Counted from the stretch's first letter, positions 49,614 to 61,214 are shown. The stretch is DNA of 64,000 nucleotides from Geopsychrobacteraceae bacterium (GCA_963662315.1 OY759353.1:1088001-1152000), one strand, 5' to 3'. Notes: generated by a model from the letters alone, not told the origin. Program-made: numbers and translations.

Positions 49614-51062
49614 TCACCAGCGCAACTTAGGCTTTCGAGCGGCCGTCGCTTCATCAAGCCGTTTAACTTTAGCTCTGGTCGGAGCGCTCCTTAGAATTTC
49701 CGGATCCGTCTCCGCTTCTTTTGCAATTGCCAGCAGCGCATCACAGAAGTCATCGATGGTCTGTTTGCTCTCTGTTTCGGTGGGTTCAATCATAAGCGCC
49801 CCACGCACAACCAGAGGAAAATAGATTGTCGGTGGATGATACCCGTAATCGATTAACCGTTTGGCCACATCAAGGGTGTGGCATTCATTTTTCAGGCTGG
49901 CTTCAGAAAAAACGACTTCATGCAGTGACCGTTGCTTATGCGGCAAGTCATATACCCCTTCCAAACGGGCCCTGATATAGTTGGCATTTAATACAGCTAG
50001 CTGAGTTGCCGTTTTCAGTCCATCTCCTCCCATCGCCAGAATATAACTGTAGGCTCGGACGAGAATCCCGAAATGACCATAAAAAGCCTTCACCCTGCCA
50101 ATTGACTGTGGGCGATTATAGTCGAGTTTATAAGATTCCCCATCCTTCACAACCACTGGAGTCGGTAAAAAGGGAAGCAACTTTTCACAAACGCCGACGG
50201 GACCAGCCCCAGGGCCGCCGCCACCATGAGGGGTTGAAAAAGTCTTATGCAGGTTAAAGTGCATGACATCAATACCAAGGTCGCCAGGGCGACTGATTCC
50301 CATCAGCGCATTCAGGTTAGCACCGTCACTGTAAACCAGCCCGCCACCGGCATGGACAACTTCACAGATTTCACGGATTTCAGCTTCGAACAATCCAAGG
50401 GTATTGGGATTGGTGATCATCAATGCAGCGACATCATCGTCCATGACCCTGGCGATGGCATCCTTGCTCAACATGCCATCGGTTGCCACAGTCACAACCT
50501 CATAACCACACAAAGCGGCAGAGGCCGGGTTGGTCCCATGGGCGGTATCAGGAATGATAACCTTGGTCCGTTTGTGTCCGTTGGCCTCATGCCAAGCCCG
50601 AATCATCAGCATGCCGGCAAATTCACCATGAGCGCCGGCAGCAGGTTGCAGAGTAACAGCTGGAAAACCGGATATCTCAGCCAGATTCTGCTGCAGAATA
50701 TGCATCAGCTCTAGAGCTCCCTGAGTCAAAACTTCAGGAGTCTGGGGGTGAATGGTAGAAAAACCGGGTAGTCTGGCCGCCGCTTCATTGACTTTCGGAT
50801 TGTATTTCATGGTACAGCTGCCAAGCGGATAAAACCCGCTGTCGACACCGTAATTCCAAGTCGAAAGGCGCGTATAGTGGCGCACGACATCAACCTCGGA
50901 AAGTTCAGGAAAACCATCAATCTGATCGCGTAACAGGGCAGCGTCGGGGGTCACAAGGGGAACATCCACTGCGGGCAGACTGTATCCGATACGCCCGGGT
51001 TGAGAACGTTCAAACAACAAAAGTTCATCAAGAACGAGGCCACGACCTTCGGCACTAATCAT
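49614..51062 (-). CDS. gcvPB: Glycine dehydrogenase (decarboxylating) subunit 2
   Basis: [35 protein letters not shown] and IEPTETES. Confidence 0.97.
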   Translation of the reverse strand: MISAEGRGLVLDELLLFERSQPGRIGYSLPAVDVPLVTPDAALLRDQIDGFPELSEVDVVRHYTRLSTWNYGVDSGFYPLGSCTMKYNPKVNEAAARLPGFSTIHPQTPEVLTQGALELMHILQQNLAEISGFPAVTLQPAAGAHGEFAGMLMIRAWHEANGHKRTKVIIPDTAHGTNPASAALCGYEVVTVATDGMLSKDAIARVMDDDVAALMITNPNTLGLFEAEIREICEVVHAGGGLVYSDGANLNALMGISRPGDLGIDVMHFNLHKTFSTPHGGGGPGAGPVGVCEKLLPFLPTPVVVKDGESYKLDYNRPQSIGRVKAFYGHFGILVRAYSYILAMGGDGLKTATQLAVLNANYIRARLEGVYDLPHKQRSLHEVVFSEASLKNECHTLDVAKRLIDYGYHPPTIYFPLVVRGALMIEPTETESKQTIDDFCDALLAIAKEAETDPEILRSAPTRAKVKRLDEATAARKPKLRW

Positions 51063-52408
51063 TGCTCACCTCCTGCCAAGACTGTTACCAGCCGGTCTAT
51101 CTGCTCTTTGGTATTTTGTTCGGTAACACAAACCAGAAGACCATCTTCAAGTCCAGGATAGTCACGGCCAAGAGAAATGCCAGGCAAGATCTGATCCTCT
51201 TCCAGACGTTTTTTCAACTCAGCGACAGTTTCATCACAACGAATAACAAACTCATTGAAATGAGGGCCTGAGAAAGCTAGTTCAAACCCGGGGATTTGAG
51301 CAATTAGCTCCTTGGCGTACACGGCTTTGGAATAGTTCAATTCAGCGAGCTTTCGCAACCCCTGTTTACCATGGAGAGCCAGATAAATACCAACCATCAG
51401 GGTACACATGCCCTGATTGGAGCAAATGTTCGATGTTGCTTTTTCACGCCGGATGTGCTGCTCACGGGTAGCAAGGGTCAGAACAAAGCCACGCTTGCCA
51501 TCCTGATCAACTGTCTCACCAACCAGACGCCCGGGCAACGCCCGCATATCTTTATTTTTTACCGCAAAGAACCCAATCCCCGGCCCTCCGTAGGACAAGG
51601 GGATACCAAAGCTTTGTCCTTCCCCAACAACGATATCAATACCTAACTCTCCAGGAGACTTGAACAATGCTAAAGCAAGAGGTTCAGCGACAGCGACAAT
51701 AGAACGGGCTCCACTCTGTTCAGCCAGTGCAGCGACCGCCTTGAGATCTTCTATCTGACCAAAATAATTGGGATAACCAACGACGATTGCAGCGGTATTA
51801 TCATCTAGCAATGTTGCAATATCAGTATCGGCGGTCAGGCCGCTGGGGGCCGGAACCGTAACCAGTTCGACATCAAGATACTGACAATAGGTCGCTACGG
51901 TCTGCCGATAATGTGGATGAAGAGCACCTGACAACAGGACACGATTTTTCTTACGCGTGGTCCGTAACGCCAGCAGGACAGCTTCAGCGCAAGCTGAGGC
52001 ACCGTCATACATGGATGCGTTGGCGACATCCATTCCGGTGAGCTGACAGATCATGGTCTGAAACTCGAAGATTGCCTGCAAGGTCCCCTGGCTTATTTCT
52101 GGTTGATAAGGGGTATAGGCTGTATAGAATTCGCTACGGCTGACCAGATGGTCAACAACAGCCGGGATAAAATGGTTATAGGCCCCCCCACCCAAAAAAC
52201 TATCCCACTCCGAAAGACGGGCATTTTTTGCTGCCAGCCGGTTTAACTGCCTCATGGCTTCTGCTTCAGAGAGCCCAGCGGGAAGATCCAGATTGCGTTG
52301 TAAGCGGCAGGCAGCCGGAATGCCAGAAAATAATTGATCCACAGACTGCACACCGATAGTTTGCAGCATCTGCTGTATGTCTGACTCGGTATGGGGCAAA
52401 TAACGCAT
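51059..52408 (-). CDS. gcvPA: Glycine dehydrogenase (decarboxylating) subunit 1
   Basis: [18 protein letters not shown] and [17 protein letters not shown]. Confidence 0.97.
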   Translation of the reverse strand: MRYLPHTESDIQQMLQTIGVQSVDQLFSGIPAACRLQRNLDLPAGLSEAEAMRQLNRLAAKNARLSEWDSFLGGGAYNHFIPAVVDHLVSRSEFYTAYTPYQPEISQGTLQAIFEFQTMICQLTGMDVANASMYDGASACAEAVLLALRTTRKKNRVLLSGALHPHYRQTVATYCQYLDVELVTVPAPSGLTADTDIATLLDDNTAAIVVGYPNYFGQIEDLKAVAALAEQSGARSIVAVAEPLALALFKSPGELGIDIVVGEGQSFGIPLSYGGPGIGFFAVKNKDMRALPGRLVGETVDQDGKRGFVLTLATREQHIRREKATSNICSNQGMCTLMVGIYLALHGKQGLRKLAELNYSKAVYAKELIAQIPGFELAFSGPHFNEFVIRCDETVAELKKRLEEDQILPGISLGRDYPGLEDGLLVCVTEQNTKEQIDRLVTVLAGGEQ

Positions 52409-52511
52409 AGACATCCCTTCTTGTATAAACAGGCTGTTGAATTTATTACACGTCAGTGACCTCTTCAGTAACGTTTTCAACAGCCAGTTAGAGAGTCATT
52501 TACATCTTTAT

Positions 52512-52895
52512 TTATTCCTGTTCGATAAACTCCTGATAAGCATCCGCATCCATCAGATCATCAAGTTCTGACGGATCAGTCAATTTAATTTTAATCAACC
52601 AGCCATCGTCATACGGAGAACTATTAATTGTTTCAGGTTCTTCGGGCAATTCGTCGTTAACTTCGACAATCTGACCGCTGACCGGTGCATAGATATCTGA
52701 TACAGCTTTGACCGATTCTACAACCCCGAAACTTTTTCCAGCCTCGACCTCATCACCAACTTCCGGCAATTCAACAAAAACAACATCACCGAGTTGCTCC
52801 TGAGCAAAATCGGTAATACCGATGGTGACAACGTCCTCTTCAACCAGAACCCATTCATGTTCTTCTGTGTACTTCAGTTCTTCTGGAAAATCCAT
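52512..52895 (-). CDS. gcvH: Glycine cleavage system H protein
   Basis: HEW, GITDFAQ..LGD and ESVKA lipoyl-lysine motif. Confidence 0.98.
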   Translation of the reverse strand: MDFPEELKYTEEHEWVLVEEDVVTIGITDFAQEQLGDVVFVELPEVGDEVEAGKSFGVVESVKAVSDIYAPVSGQIVEVNDELPEEPETINSSPYDDGWLIKIKLTDPSELDDLMDADAYQEFIEQE

Positions 52896-52945
52896 GGATA
52901 CCTCCTCAATGCAAATATAACCCTATCAGGGCCGTTATATATTGG

Positions 52946-54034
52946 TTATTTGACAAAAGGTAAAGAGACACGTTCTGTACCTGCCATCCGTTTACGAATC
53001 CCGATGGTCAATGGAAGATCTGAGACAGCGGCCTCTGAGTCAACCAAAGCCAAGGCAATTCCTTGTTTAAGACTTGGCGACATCGTCCCGCTGGTAACGT
53101 AACCAACTTGACGATCACCACTGAAAACCGGATAGTGCTCACGTGGCACTCCCGCTTCAGTTAAAAGCAAAGCAATCAATGAGCGTTTAATTCCCTCATG
53201 CCGAACCTGGACAAGGGGATCACGCCCAATAAAATCCCCTTTATCCAGCTTGGTTATCCAACCAAGTCTTGCCTCTAAGGGTAAGATGTCCGCACTGAGC
53301 TCATGTCCGTAAAGCGCGAAACCTTTTTCCAGCCTTAACGTATCACGAGCCCCTAAACCGATGGGGACAAGGCCGGAATCGGCACCGGCAGCCATCACCT
53401 GCTGCCACAAGGTTACAGCCTTATCTGCTTTACAGTAAAGTTCGAATCCGGCCTCTCCGGTATAACCGGTACGCGAAATAAGCGTATCGACAGATCCGAC
53501 CTGACCTTCGAAGAAATGGTAATATTTCAGGTTCGCAAGATCTGATGATATCAGATTAGCCAGGATAGCATCGGCTGCTGGCCCTTGGAGAGCCAACTGG
53601 GCAAAATTCCGGCTTTGATTCACCAAATGAACTTCTTTAAATTGAAGCATCCCTTGGAGCTTCTGCAACCAGGAAAAATCTTTATCCGTGTTAGCAGCGT
53701 TAACACACAGTAAATAACGATCTTCAGCAAACCTGTAAAGAGTTAAATCGTCAACAACACCACCATCGTGGTAACACATGGCGGTATACTGAACCTGTCC
53801 GTCACTGAGCTTGGACAGATCATTCGTCGTCGCCATTTGTAAAAAGCTGAACGAGTCCGGCCCGCTCACTTCAATTTCACCCATATGCGACACATCAAAA
53901 AGACCTGCGGCCTGCCGTACAGCAAGATGCTCACTGATAACTCCTGCATAGTGTACCGGCATGTCCCAGCCACCAAATTCGACCATCCGGGCCCCCAAAG
54001 CCCGATGTATTTCGTTCAGAGGTGTTTTATTCAT
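52946..54034 (-). CDS. gcvT: Glycine cleavage system aminomethyltransferase T
   Basis: FGGWDMP, FDVSHMG, RTGYTGE and GARDTLRLE. Confidence 0.98.
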   Translation of the reverse strand: MNKTPLNEIHRALGARMVEFGGWDMPVHYAGVISEHLAVRQAAGLFDVSHMGEIEVSGPDSFSFLQMATTNDLSKLSDGQVQYTAMCYHDGGVVDDLTLYRFAEDRYLLCVNAANTDKDFSWLQKLQGMLQFKEVHLVNQSRNFAQLALQGPAADAILANLISSDLANLKYYHFFEGQVGSVDTLISRTGYTGEAGFELYCKADKAVTLWQQVMAAGADSGLVPIGLGARDTLRLEKGFALYGHELSADILPLEARLGWITKLDKGDFIGRDPLVQVRHEGIKRSLIALLLTEAGVPREHYPVFSGDRQVGYVTSGTMSPSLKQGIALALVDSEAAVSDLPLTIGIRKRMAGTERVSLPFVK

Positions 54035-54257
54035 AAACTCTCCTTAAAGAAACCTGGTACGGCAGCACTATCGCAACGATCTTAAAAAACAGTAACAGAT
54101 ATCAGCAGACAAAATAAATCGTAGCATGATTAAAATTACCACGATTTTTATCCAAGACTTAAGAACTGCTATTTATCAGAAAATTATGATGATGTATATA
54201 GCTGAATTTCTTTCATAATTATGCCATAACGGCGTATAACCACAGGAATGTAGAGAC

Positions 54258-54298
54258 AAAAAAAGCAGTCTGCATTTTTTTTTGCAGACTGCTTTTTT
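54258..54298 (-). terminator. Terminator downstream of folD
   Basis: AAAAAAGCAGTCTGCA...TGCAGACTGCTTTTTT inverted repeat. Confidence 0.8.
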
Positions 54299-54322
54299 AG
54301 CGTAAAGTCACAGCATCCCAGA

Positions 54323-55174
54323 CTACTTTTCGGCCCGTCTTTTTGCGCTAACAACGGTATTATACAGAAGCATGGTAATTGTCATCGGCCCAACACCACC
54401 AGGAACAGGAGTAATAGCAGCAGCCCTCTGACTAGCTGCGTCAAACTCAACATCCCCCACCAGCTTTTTCTCGCCGACACGATTTACCCCGACATCAATA
54501 ACAACGGCACCTGGCTTGATCCAGTCCCCCTTGATCATCTCCGGAACCCCAACAGCCGCAATGACAACATCTGCGGCAGCCACTTTAGCTGGCAGATCCT
54601 GCGTTCGGGAATGACAGATCGTGACTGTTGCGTGGGCGGCAAGGCACATCAAAGCGACTGGTTTACCAACAATATTGGAACGACCGACAACAACGACCTC
54701 TTTCCCTTTCAGGTCAACTCCAGTCCGTTCAAGCATTTTCATAACCCCGTACGGCGTACAGGGTTGAAATAACGGACTCCCGGTTGCCAGACGGCCGACA
54801 TTATAAGGATGAAAGCCATCAACATCTTTATTAGGAGAGATAGCCTCAAGAACCTTTGCTTCATCAATGTGTGCGGGCAAAGGCAACTGCACCAGAATAC
54901 CATCAATGCGCTCATCATTATTTAAGGCATCAATAAGCGCCAGCAGTTCGGCCTCGGTCGTAGAAGCTGGCAGCTTATGTTCATCAGAAAAAATTCCAGC
55001 AGCGGCACAGGCTTTTTCCTTCATGGATACATACACCCTGCTAGCAGGATCTTCGCCAACAAGAACAACTGCTAAGCCTGGTGTTACCCCTTGAGCAACC
55101 AATATTTTGGTATCATCAGCAATTTCCTGCCTCAAATCTGCAGCAATTGCTTTTCCATCAATAATATCTGCCAT
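54323..55174 (-). CDS. folD: Methylenetetrahydrofolate dehydrogenase/cyclohydrolase
   Basis: [29 protein letters not shown] and PGGVGPMT. Confidence 0.98.
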   Translation of the reverse strand: MADIIDGKAIAADLRQEIADDTKILVAQGVTPGLAVVLVGEDPASRVYVSMKEKACAAAGIFSDEHKLPASTTEAELLALIDALNNDERIDGILVQLPLPAHIDEAKVLEAISPNKDVDGFHPYNVGRLATGSPLFQPCTPYGVMKMLERTGVDLKGKEVVVVGRSNIVGKPVALMCLAAHATVTICHSRTQDLPAKVAAADVVIAAVGVPEMIKGDWIKPGAVVIDVGVNRVGEKKLVGDVEFDAASQRAAAITPVPGGVGPMTITMLLYNTVVSAKRRAEK

Positions 55175-55300
55175 AACAAATCTCCTGATATTTTATAGCC
55201 AGCGGCTAAGAGCTACTTGTGATTGACCTGAAAAAGAGTAAGAACTATACGAAAGGAATCATTCTTTGTAAACAAAGGAAAAAAACGAACAGCCCCTGGT

Positions 55301-55335
55301 AAAAAAAATTCCCGGTTAGTAAACCAACCGGGAAT
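55301..55335 (-). terminator. Terminator downstream of the FmdB-like gene
   Basis: ATTCCCGGTT...AACCGGGAAT stem with a U-tract on the minus strand. Confidence 0.65.
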
Positions 55336-55357
55336 AAAAATTTAGCGCTAAAAAAGA

Positions 55358-55609
55358 TTAGCCGTTAGCTGCTTTGGGACACGAAGCACAAGCTTCTGAC
55401 CCGGCCGAGGAAGAAGAGCATGTGCCTTTTCCTGCAGAATAGCCCTGATCGTACCAACCTCCACCTTTCAAAGCAAAACCGCTTTGAGAAATCTTCTTTT
55501 TAACTTTCCCACCGCACTCGCGGCAGGTCTCCAGCGGAGCATCTGAAAACTTCTGACGGACTTCAAATTGATATCCACATTCTTCACATTGATATTCGTA
55601 TAATGGCAT
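55358..55609 (-). CDS. FmdB family zinc-ribbon protein
   Basis: MPLYEYQCEECG...CRECGG...LKGGGWY. Confidence 0.9.
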   Translation of the reverse strand: MPLYEYQCEECGYQFEVRQKFSDAPLETCRECGGKVKKKISQSGFALKGGGWYDQGYSAGKGTCSSSSAGSEACASCPKAANG

Positions 55610-55685
55610 GATTTAAATCCTCCAGCATTTTTATCTTGCACAACCCTGAATCATAAGCAAATGCACAAATCTATGTCAAGAGCGT

Positions 55686-55988
55686 TTATTTTAAGGCAGC
55701 GGCAATCGTCAGATGTGCATCGGCAAAAGAAATATGCCTGACCAAAATGCGCTTTTGGCGTGCCGTTTCACCAGATAAGATCATGATATCACTCTTTGCA
55801 ACACCAAATAACTTGGCCAGATAGGCACAGCAACTTTTATTGGCTGCGCCATCAACTGGAGGTGAAGTGAGCTTAATCTTGAGGTTATCATTATGAATGC
55901 CAACAACTTGATTGCGGCTAGCACGTGGCTGAACCTGCAGCGACACAACGACGCCATCTTCATGCTCTTGCAAGCATGACTCGATCAT
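55686..55988 (-). CDS. DUF167 (YggU) family protein
   Basis: VQPRASR, PPVDG.AN and GET.R.K. Confidence 0.9.
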   Translation of the reverse strand: MIESCLQEHEDGVVVSLQVQPRASRNQVVGIHNDNLKIKLTSPPVDGAANKSCCAYLAKLFGVAKSDIMILSGETARQKRILVRHISFADAHLTIAAALK

Positions 55989-56521
55989 TTCGGTTCAAGT
56001 CCCTTGTTAATACTTGTCTCGATTTCTTCTGAATTAAAATCTTCCAGCAAATGTTGATTATCAGGTTCAAGGAGTTGCACAACATCCATGTTCAACAACT
56101 GCATATGATTTTCCAGCAGAGCCCGTAACCCGATTTCAAAAGTGATTTTCTGCCTTTTCAGCTCATTAACCTCATTAAGCAGATCTATTCGCTGTTGTTT
56201 GGCAGCCTGAATGATCCGCTCACCTTCAACATGCGCTTCAGCGATGACGATGTCAGCATCCCTGCGGGCATTTTCCTTCATGTCATCAACAATGTTCTGA
56301 GCCGTGACAAGAGTCTGCTGAAGTGATTTTTCCCGCTCCTGAAGGAGTTCAAGATGCCCCTTAGTGCGTGCCAGAGCCTCTTTCAATTCATTATTTTGCA
56401 GAGTAACACGTTCAAGCTCTTCAGCGATAATTTCCAGAAACTGATCAACAGCGGCAGTATCATAGCCAAATAGACGCGATTTAAATTGCTGTTGTTGTAT
56501 CTCAATAGGAGTAATGCGCAT
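55985..56521 (-). CDS. DivIVA domain protein
   Basis: ITP.EI....F...FGYD...VD.FL followed by a coiled coil. Confidence 0.9.
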   Translation of the reverse strand: MRITPIEIQQQQFKSRLFGYDTAAVDQFLEIIAEELERVTLQNNELKEALARTKGHLELLQEREKSLQQTLVTAQNIVDDMKENARRDADIVIAEAHVEGERIIQAAKQQRIDLLNEVNELKRQKITFEIGLRALLENHMQLLNMDVVQLLEPDNQHLLEDFNSEEIETSINKGLEPK

Positions 56522-56551
56522 AGTTGCCAGATCCTGAAAAAAACACAGTTA

Positions 56552-56833
56552 TTAAGTCAGACTCAGAAGAAAACCGATTATCAATTGCTGAACGACTGAT
56601 AACAGTATCAATAAGACAATAGGTGAGAAATCAAAAGTTCCCTGCTGTAGAAATGGCAAAAACCGACGCAGTCGATACAATACCGGATCTGTTGCATTGT
56701 GCAGAAACCGCACAATTGGATTATAAGGGTCCGGATTGACCCAAGAAATCAACGCCCTGGCAATTACAATAAAAAAATAAATATTAAATGCCATATCGAC
56801 GATTCTGGCAATAGAAACCAATAATATATTCAT
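56552..56833 (-). CDS. YggT family membrane protein
   Basis: RALISWVNPDPYNPIV..L...TDP and DFSP. Confidence 0.92.
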   Translation of the reverse strand: MNILLVSIARIVDMAFNIYFFIVIARALISWVNPDPYNPIVRFLHNATDPVLYRLRRFLPFLQQGTFDFSPIVLLILLSVVQQLIIGFLLSLT

Positions 56834-57250
56834 AGAAAGTAACCTCCCATGCCTGCCTGAATCATTGAGCAGATTGCCAGTTGATGCACAAATTTGCTCC
56901 ATGTGTTATGTTTTTCCTTTATGATTTGACCGTTTCTATAATGAAAACACTTTATTGTCAACGCTTCCCCTGCTTAAACCTTAAGCGCCAGCCATATAAC
57001 AAATATTTTTACTGGATTCTACCCGTCAATGCAGATAAGATCATCCTACTGTGAAGGAGGCACTCTGGCACCAGCATAAAGCTCTCGGGAAGTATCAATC
57101 CCCTTGCTGGGAGCTATCCGGACATTTCAAAAGCCCTTAGCCATGTGGATGAAATAGAAATATCTGGCACACTGTGAAAGAGCACTTCTGACAACAAATT
57201 ACTGACGACCTCCAGAGGACAACTGAACCCGCTCCCAAAAGGATAAATTA

Positions 57251-58297
57251 ATGGTCCAGACAAACAACCTTAATGTTTTAGATATCAGCCCCATAATCGC
57301 CCCATCAGATCTTAAACAGGTATTTCCCTTATCATTCTCCGCAGCAAAATTTGTTAGCGACAGCCGGACAACCATCAGATCAATATTGCGAGGCGAAGAC
57401 CCACGTTTGATGGCAATCGTCGGGCCATGTTCCATCCACGACCCAAAAGCCGCCCTTGAATATGCTGAAAAACTTGCAGCGTTATCAGAAGAGCTACGCG
57501 ACCGGGTATTTATCGTTATGCGCGTATATTTTGAAAAACCTCGTACCATCATTGGCTGGAAAGGCTTGATTAACGATCCCGACCTTGATGGCACCCATCA
57601 GATATCAAAAGGTTTAGGGATAGCCCGCCAGCTATTTTGTGCGATTACAGCCCTGGGGCTGCCTATCGCCAGTGAAATGCTGGATCCGATTACTCCCGAA
57701 TACCTGTCAGATATCATCAGCTGGGGAGCTATTGGCGCTAGAACGACCGAGTCACAAACGCACCGGGAAATGGCCAGCGGACTGTCCTTCCCCGTTGGCT
57801 TCAAAAACGGCACTGACGGAGGGCTGAAAGTTGCAACTGACGCTATGGCGGCGGCCTGTCGTCCCCATAGCTTCCTTGGTATCAACAATGAAGGCAAATC
57901 ATCGATTGTGCAGACATCTGGAAATCCAGACGTCCATATTGTGCTGCGTGGTGGCAACGAAGCTCCCAACTATTTCCCCGAAGACATCGCGGCAACCAAA
58001 ACGTTACTCAATGACAACAAATTACCTGGTGCGATAATGGTCGACTGCAGTCATGCCAACAGTTACAAAGACCATAATCGTCAGGCTGAAGTTCTGGATA
58101 ATGTCATCAGTCAACTTAAAGCAGCGCCAGGTTCGATTACTGGTGTTATGATCGAAAGCAATCTTGTCGCCGGAAACCAGAATATCCCTAAAAATTTAAA
58201 AGATCTGATATACGGGGTCTCTGTTACTGACAAGTGTGTTGACTGGCAAACAACTGAAACCATGTTACGTAAGGCTGCAGCAGAATTGGCGGGATAA
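57251..58297 (+). CDS. 3-deoxy-7-phosphoheptulonate (DAHP) synthase, class I-alpha (AroF/G/H type)
   Basis: GPCSIHD, RVYFEKPRT..GWKG, IGARTTESQ.HRE.ASG and DCSHANS. Confidence 0.96.
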   Translation: MVQTNNLNVLDISPIIAPSDLKQVFPLSFSAAKFVSDSRTTIRSILRGEDPRLMAIVGPCSIHDPKAALEYAEKLAALSEELRDRVFIVMRVYFEKPRTIIGWKGLINDPDLDGTHQISKGLGIARQLFCAITALGLPIASEMLDPITPEYLSDIISWGAIGARTTESQTHREMASGLSFPVGFKNGTDGGLKVATDAMAAACRPHSFLGINNEGKSSIVQTSGNPDVHIVLRGGNEAPNYFPEDIAATKTLLNDNKLPGAIMVDCSHANSYKDHNRQAEVLDNVISQLKAAPGSITGVMIESNLVAGNQNIPKNLKDLIYGVSVTDKCVDWQTTETMLRKAAAELAG

Positions 58298-58314
58298 TCT
58301 CAAGAACAACTATC

Positions 58315-58356
58315 CAACGGCGAAACTTTGAACCGACGCTCGGAGTTTCGCCGTTG
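58315..58356. terminator. Stem-loop between the convergent DAHP synthase and DUF3047 genes
   Basis: CAACGGCGAAACT...AGTTTCGCCGTTG inverted repeat. Confidence 0.65.
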
Positions 58357-58365
58357 AATCATTCT

Positions 58366-59031
58366 TTACAACCTTGCAGATTCATTCGAAAGAATGCGAA
58401 TATCATCATACCAAGCTTCTGCGTGCTCGCCGGTATTATCAGTATCGGTCATAATGGCAATGCCTCCAGCCTGAGGCGGATCCTCACCAAACAAATGCCG
58501 ATAATCTTCAAAGACATTTCTGGTCTCAACAACCCAGCGACCAGCCTTATCATTACCCGATTCTACGGCAACCATCACCGCTCGGGAAAAATAAGTATTG
58601 GGGACCGCTTGACCAACCTCTAATCGATTCGCCCAAATATAATTGATACTACGACTTAACGGCTTGATCCAATGGGGGAAAATGACATAAACCCTGGCAG
58701 CGTAATCATCCCCTTCCTTGGTCAGAGCATTGCCGGAAACCAGGGTGTGAGATATTTTCCAGCGCCAGGTCAGGACAGGAAACGTGTTTGTACTATAGGA
58801 AATTTTTTTTATCAGGCCTGATGCTTTCCCGTTACTAACCGCCTGCAAGACACGACCACCCACAGCACTGCTCACAATACTATAATCCGTATGGTCGAGA
58901 AATTTCTTTTCCTGCCAACCAGCTAATCCCTGCTCAAAATCATCAATAAGAATGGAACGAGATGTTTCCGCATAAAGATCGCCCCTCCCCGGAATTAGCA
59001 TTATTAAGCAGACTAGAAATATTCGAATCAT
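58366..59031 (-). CDS. DUF3047-like exported protein
   Basis: L.WRWK, K.GDDYAARVYV.F, INYIW and IMTDTDNT. Confidence 0.8.
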   Translation of the reverse strand: MIRIFLVCLIMLIPGRGDLYAETSRSILIDDFEQGLAGWQEKKFLDHTDYSIVSSAVGGRVLQAVSNGKASGLIKKISYSTNTFPVLTWRWKISHTLVSGNALTKEGDDYAARVYVIFPHWIKPLSRSINYIWANRLEVGQAVPNTYFSRAVMVAVESGNDKAGRWVVETRNVFEDYRHLFGEDPPQAGGIAIMTDTDNTGEHAEAWYDDIRILSNESARL

Positions 59032-59345
59032 CAGTTGATAAACCGATCGGGATTATTTGTGAGAGTATCGGTTTCTACCCCACCGATAGTGCCAAAACGT
59101 TTTTCATACGCTTCAACATTGTTCTGCAACACCAGCATTAACCTTTTGGCATGACGGGGCGACATGATCAATCGGGACTTGACTCGAGCTTTAGGAGCCT
59201 GAGGCTGCACATAGATACAGTCAATCACAAACTCGCTGTCATTATGATTAACAATAGCCATATTGATGTATTGTCCGTTAGCAACACTTTCATCCATCTG
59301 AATCTCAAGATTAATCTCAGGTTTAGTACCTTTATCTGTCGCCAT
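59031..59345 (-). CDS. DUF3467-like protein
   Basis: G.Y.N...V.H...EF..D and SR..MSP.HAKRL...L..N...YE..FG. Confidence 0.8.
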   Translation of the reverse strand: MATDKGTKPEINLEIQMDESVANGQYINMAIVNHNDSEFVIDCIYVQPQAPKARVKSRLIMSPRHAKRLMLVLQNNVEAYEKRFGTIGGVETDTLTNNPDRFIN

Positions 59346-59377
59346 GAAGAACCTTTCTTATTATGTTAGACAGACTG

Positions 59378-59698
59378 CTACAAATCATTCAGGAGCCGAT
59401 AGATCTGCTGTTCAAGATCCCAGATACTATCGACAACTTGCTGGTGTCCAGCTTCCTCAAGTATGACCCTCGCCCGGTCCAGTTGTCCATGTGCTTTAAG
59501 AAGCACAGGAGAAAGTTTGTTATCCAGCTGCATCCGCGGAATTTCTCCGACACTCTCAGCCCAGTCCTGCATTTCTTCGACAGCCATATCGACCAAACGT
59601 AAAGCCTTAGCCGTATCTTCCGGTAGAATCTCATAAAATTGATCAGCCTTCTTCTCTATCTGATCAAGTATTTCGCGATAACGCTCAGAAATGGTCAT
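59378..59698 (-). CDS. Hypothetical helical protein
   Basis: 106-aa ORF co-oriented with and closely spaced to the downstream genes; protein-like composition. Confidence 0.7.
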   Translation of the reverse strand: MTISERYREILDQIEKKADQFYEILPEDTAKALRLVDMAVEEMQDWAESVGEIPRMQLDNKLSPVLLKAHGQLDRARVILEEAGHQQVVDSIWDLEQQIYRLLNDL

Positions 59699-59845
59699 TA
59701 TTCCCTATTTTCCTTTCTCAATCTGTGCAAATTTCAAACTTGTGATCCTATGCTAAAATCACCGGGAAAACAACCTTTCCGTTTAGTCCGTAATAAATTC
59801 TCATTGACTTCCCGGGCGAGAGATTGCTAGCTTATAGCGACATAT

Positions 59846-59932
59846 CGCTAGGGGTGTTATTGTTACTGAGAACTCTACACTGGTAGAGTAACCCTTGGAA
59901 CCTGATCCGGACTATACCGGCGTAGGGAAGCG
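59846..59932 (+). promoter_or_regulatory. TPP riboswitch (THI box)
   Basis: GGGGTG...CTGAGA...ACCCTTGGAACCTGATCCGG...ATACCGGCGTAGGGAAG upstream of thiamine genes; preceded by a TTGACT/TGcTAGCTT promoter and followed by a hairpin plus T-run near 59965-59990. Confidence 0.93.
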
Positions 59933-60104
59933 GCTCTTCTTCTTGATTCTGATTCTACTCAGTGCAAAGCCGCCATTCGTGCGGATTTTTATTTCCCCAG
60001 GTTTTCATAATTATTCCAGTAACATGCCCCCTCCCAAAAAGCCATTTATATTGCCAGCAAGGAGAGGATGACCCCTCACGCTGACGAACCGGGTCATTTG
60101 GATC

Positions 60105-60926
60105 ATGAGAATTTTTTGCAATGAGCTTGAGCACCATACACAATCAGGCCAAACAATAAATGAATTACGGCAGAAACTGAAACCCGATGCTGACATTTTA
60201 ATCCGAAATGGGTATCCAGCGTCACCTGAACAGCTCCTTGAAGACGGAGATCACATTTGGTTGATACGTCAGGGCGAACGACCTGCGGTAGCCGAAATTG
60301 AAAGGCTGTTGATCGCCAGACACACTCCCGGAGTCCATAGCAAAATCAAAAACAGTACAGTTGGTATTGCCGGAGTCGGTGGACTGGGGTCCCAAATCGC
60401 TGTTGCTCTCGCGCGGGTCGGAATCGGACGCCTGATTATCGCTGATTTTGATATTATTGATCCAACCAATCTGAACCGTCAGCAATATTTTATTGATCAG
60501 ATAGGCATGTTTAAAGTAACCGCCCTTACTGACAATCTCCGCCGCATCAATCCTGCCACAGAGGTCATCGCTCATCAGACTCGTATTCATTACCACAATG
60601 TGAATCAGGTCTTTTCGAATGTCGATATTTTGGTCGAAGCATTCGACTCTCCTGATCAAAAAGCACTACTTGCCAACTTTTGGTTAACTCATCATCGTGA
60701 CAAACCCCTGATTACTGGCTCAGGAATGGCGGGTTATGGTCCATCAAACACGATAACCACCACCAAAGTTTCGAAGAACTTTTACGTTTGTGGCGACAGA
60801 AATACTGCCGCAGGCCCAGGAATCGGCCTAATGGCACCTAGAGTCGGCATAGCTGCCCACCACCAGGCCAATGCAGTACTCAGATTATTACTTAATCAAA
60901 ACCCCGAAGAGACGGAGTCCATATGA
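60105..60926 (+). CDS. thiF: ThiS adenylyltransferase ThiF with an N-terminal ThiS-like domain
   Basis: GIAGVGGLGS, DFD...TNLNRQ and GLMAPRV; thi operon context. Confidence 0.9.
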   Translation: MRIFCNELEHHTQSGQTINELRQKLKPDADILIRNGYPASPEQLLEDGDHIWLIRQGERPAVAEIERLLIARHTPGVHSKIKNSTVGIAGVGGLGSQIAVALARVGIGRLIIADFDIIDPTNLNRQQYFIDQIGMFKVTALTDNLRRINPATEVIAHQTRIHYHNVNQVFSNVDILVEAFDSPDQKALLANFWLTHHRDKPLITGSGMAGYGPSNTITTTKVSKNFYVCGDRNTAAGPGIGLMAPRVGIAAHHQANAVLRLLLNQNPEETESI

Positions 60927-61123
60927 ATATCAGGATTAATGGTCTTTCTAGAGAAGTCACCGCTTCGCTATCGATTCTGCAACTGCTTTCAGAACTTGAA
61001 CTCTGCCCGGAACATGTTGTTGTTGAGGTGAATAGTACAATTTTAACGTCAACCCAGTTCTCTCAGTATCATCTGCAGGATGATGATGTCCTTGAAATTG
61101 TTCAATTCGTCGGTGGCGGTTAA
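60923..61123 (+). CDS. thiS: Sulfur carrier protein ThiS
   Basis: 66 aa ending in EIVQFVGGG. Confidence 0.95.
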   Translation: MNIRINGLSREVTASLSILQLLSELELCPEHVVVEVNSTILTSTQFSQYHLQDDDVLEIVQFVGGG

Positions 61124-61214
61124 TCCCGCGACCGACGAATTTTTAATGGATGGCACCCTGCATTTACCTGCAGGAGTCACATCATATTCATTTCATAGAA
61201 GAAAGGCACACTAC

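Noticed and set aside
54035..54257. Possible glycine riboswitch upstream of gcvT
   Set aside because: AT-rich sequence lacking the GGAGA/CCGAAG/CTCTCAGG aptamer motifs on the minus strand
61080..61214. N-terminal extension of thiG overlapping thiS (possible frameshift fusion)
   Set aside because: thiS ends normally in GGG-stop, and thiG homology starts at ATG 61215 with its own purine-rich RBS
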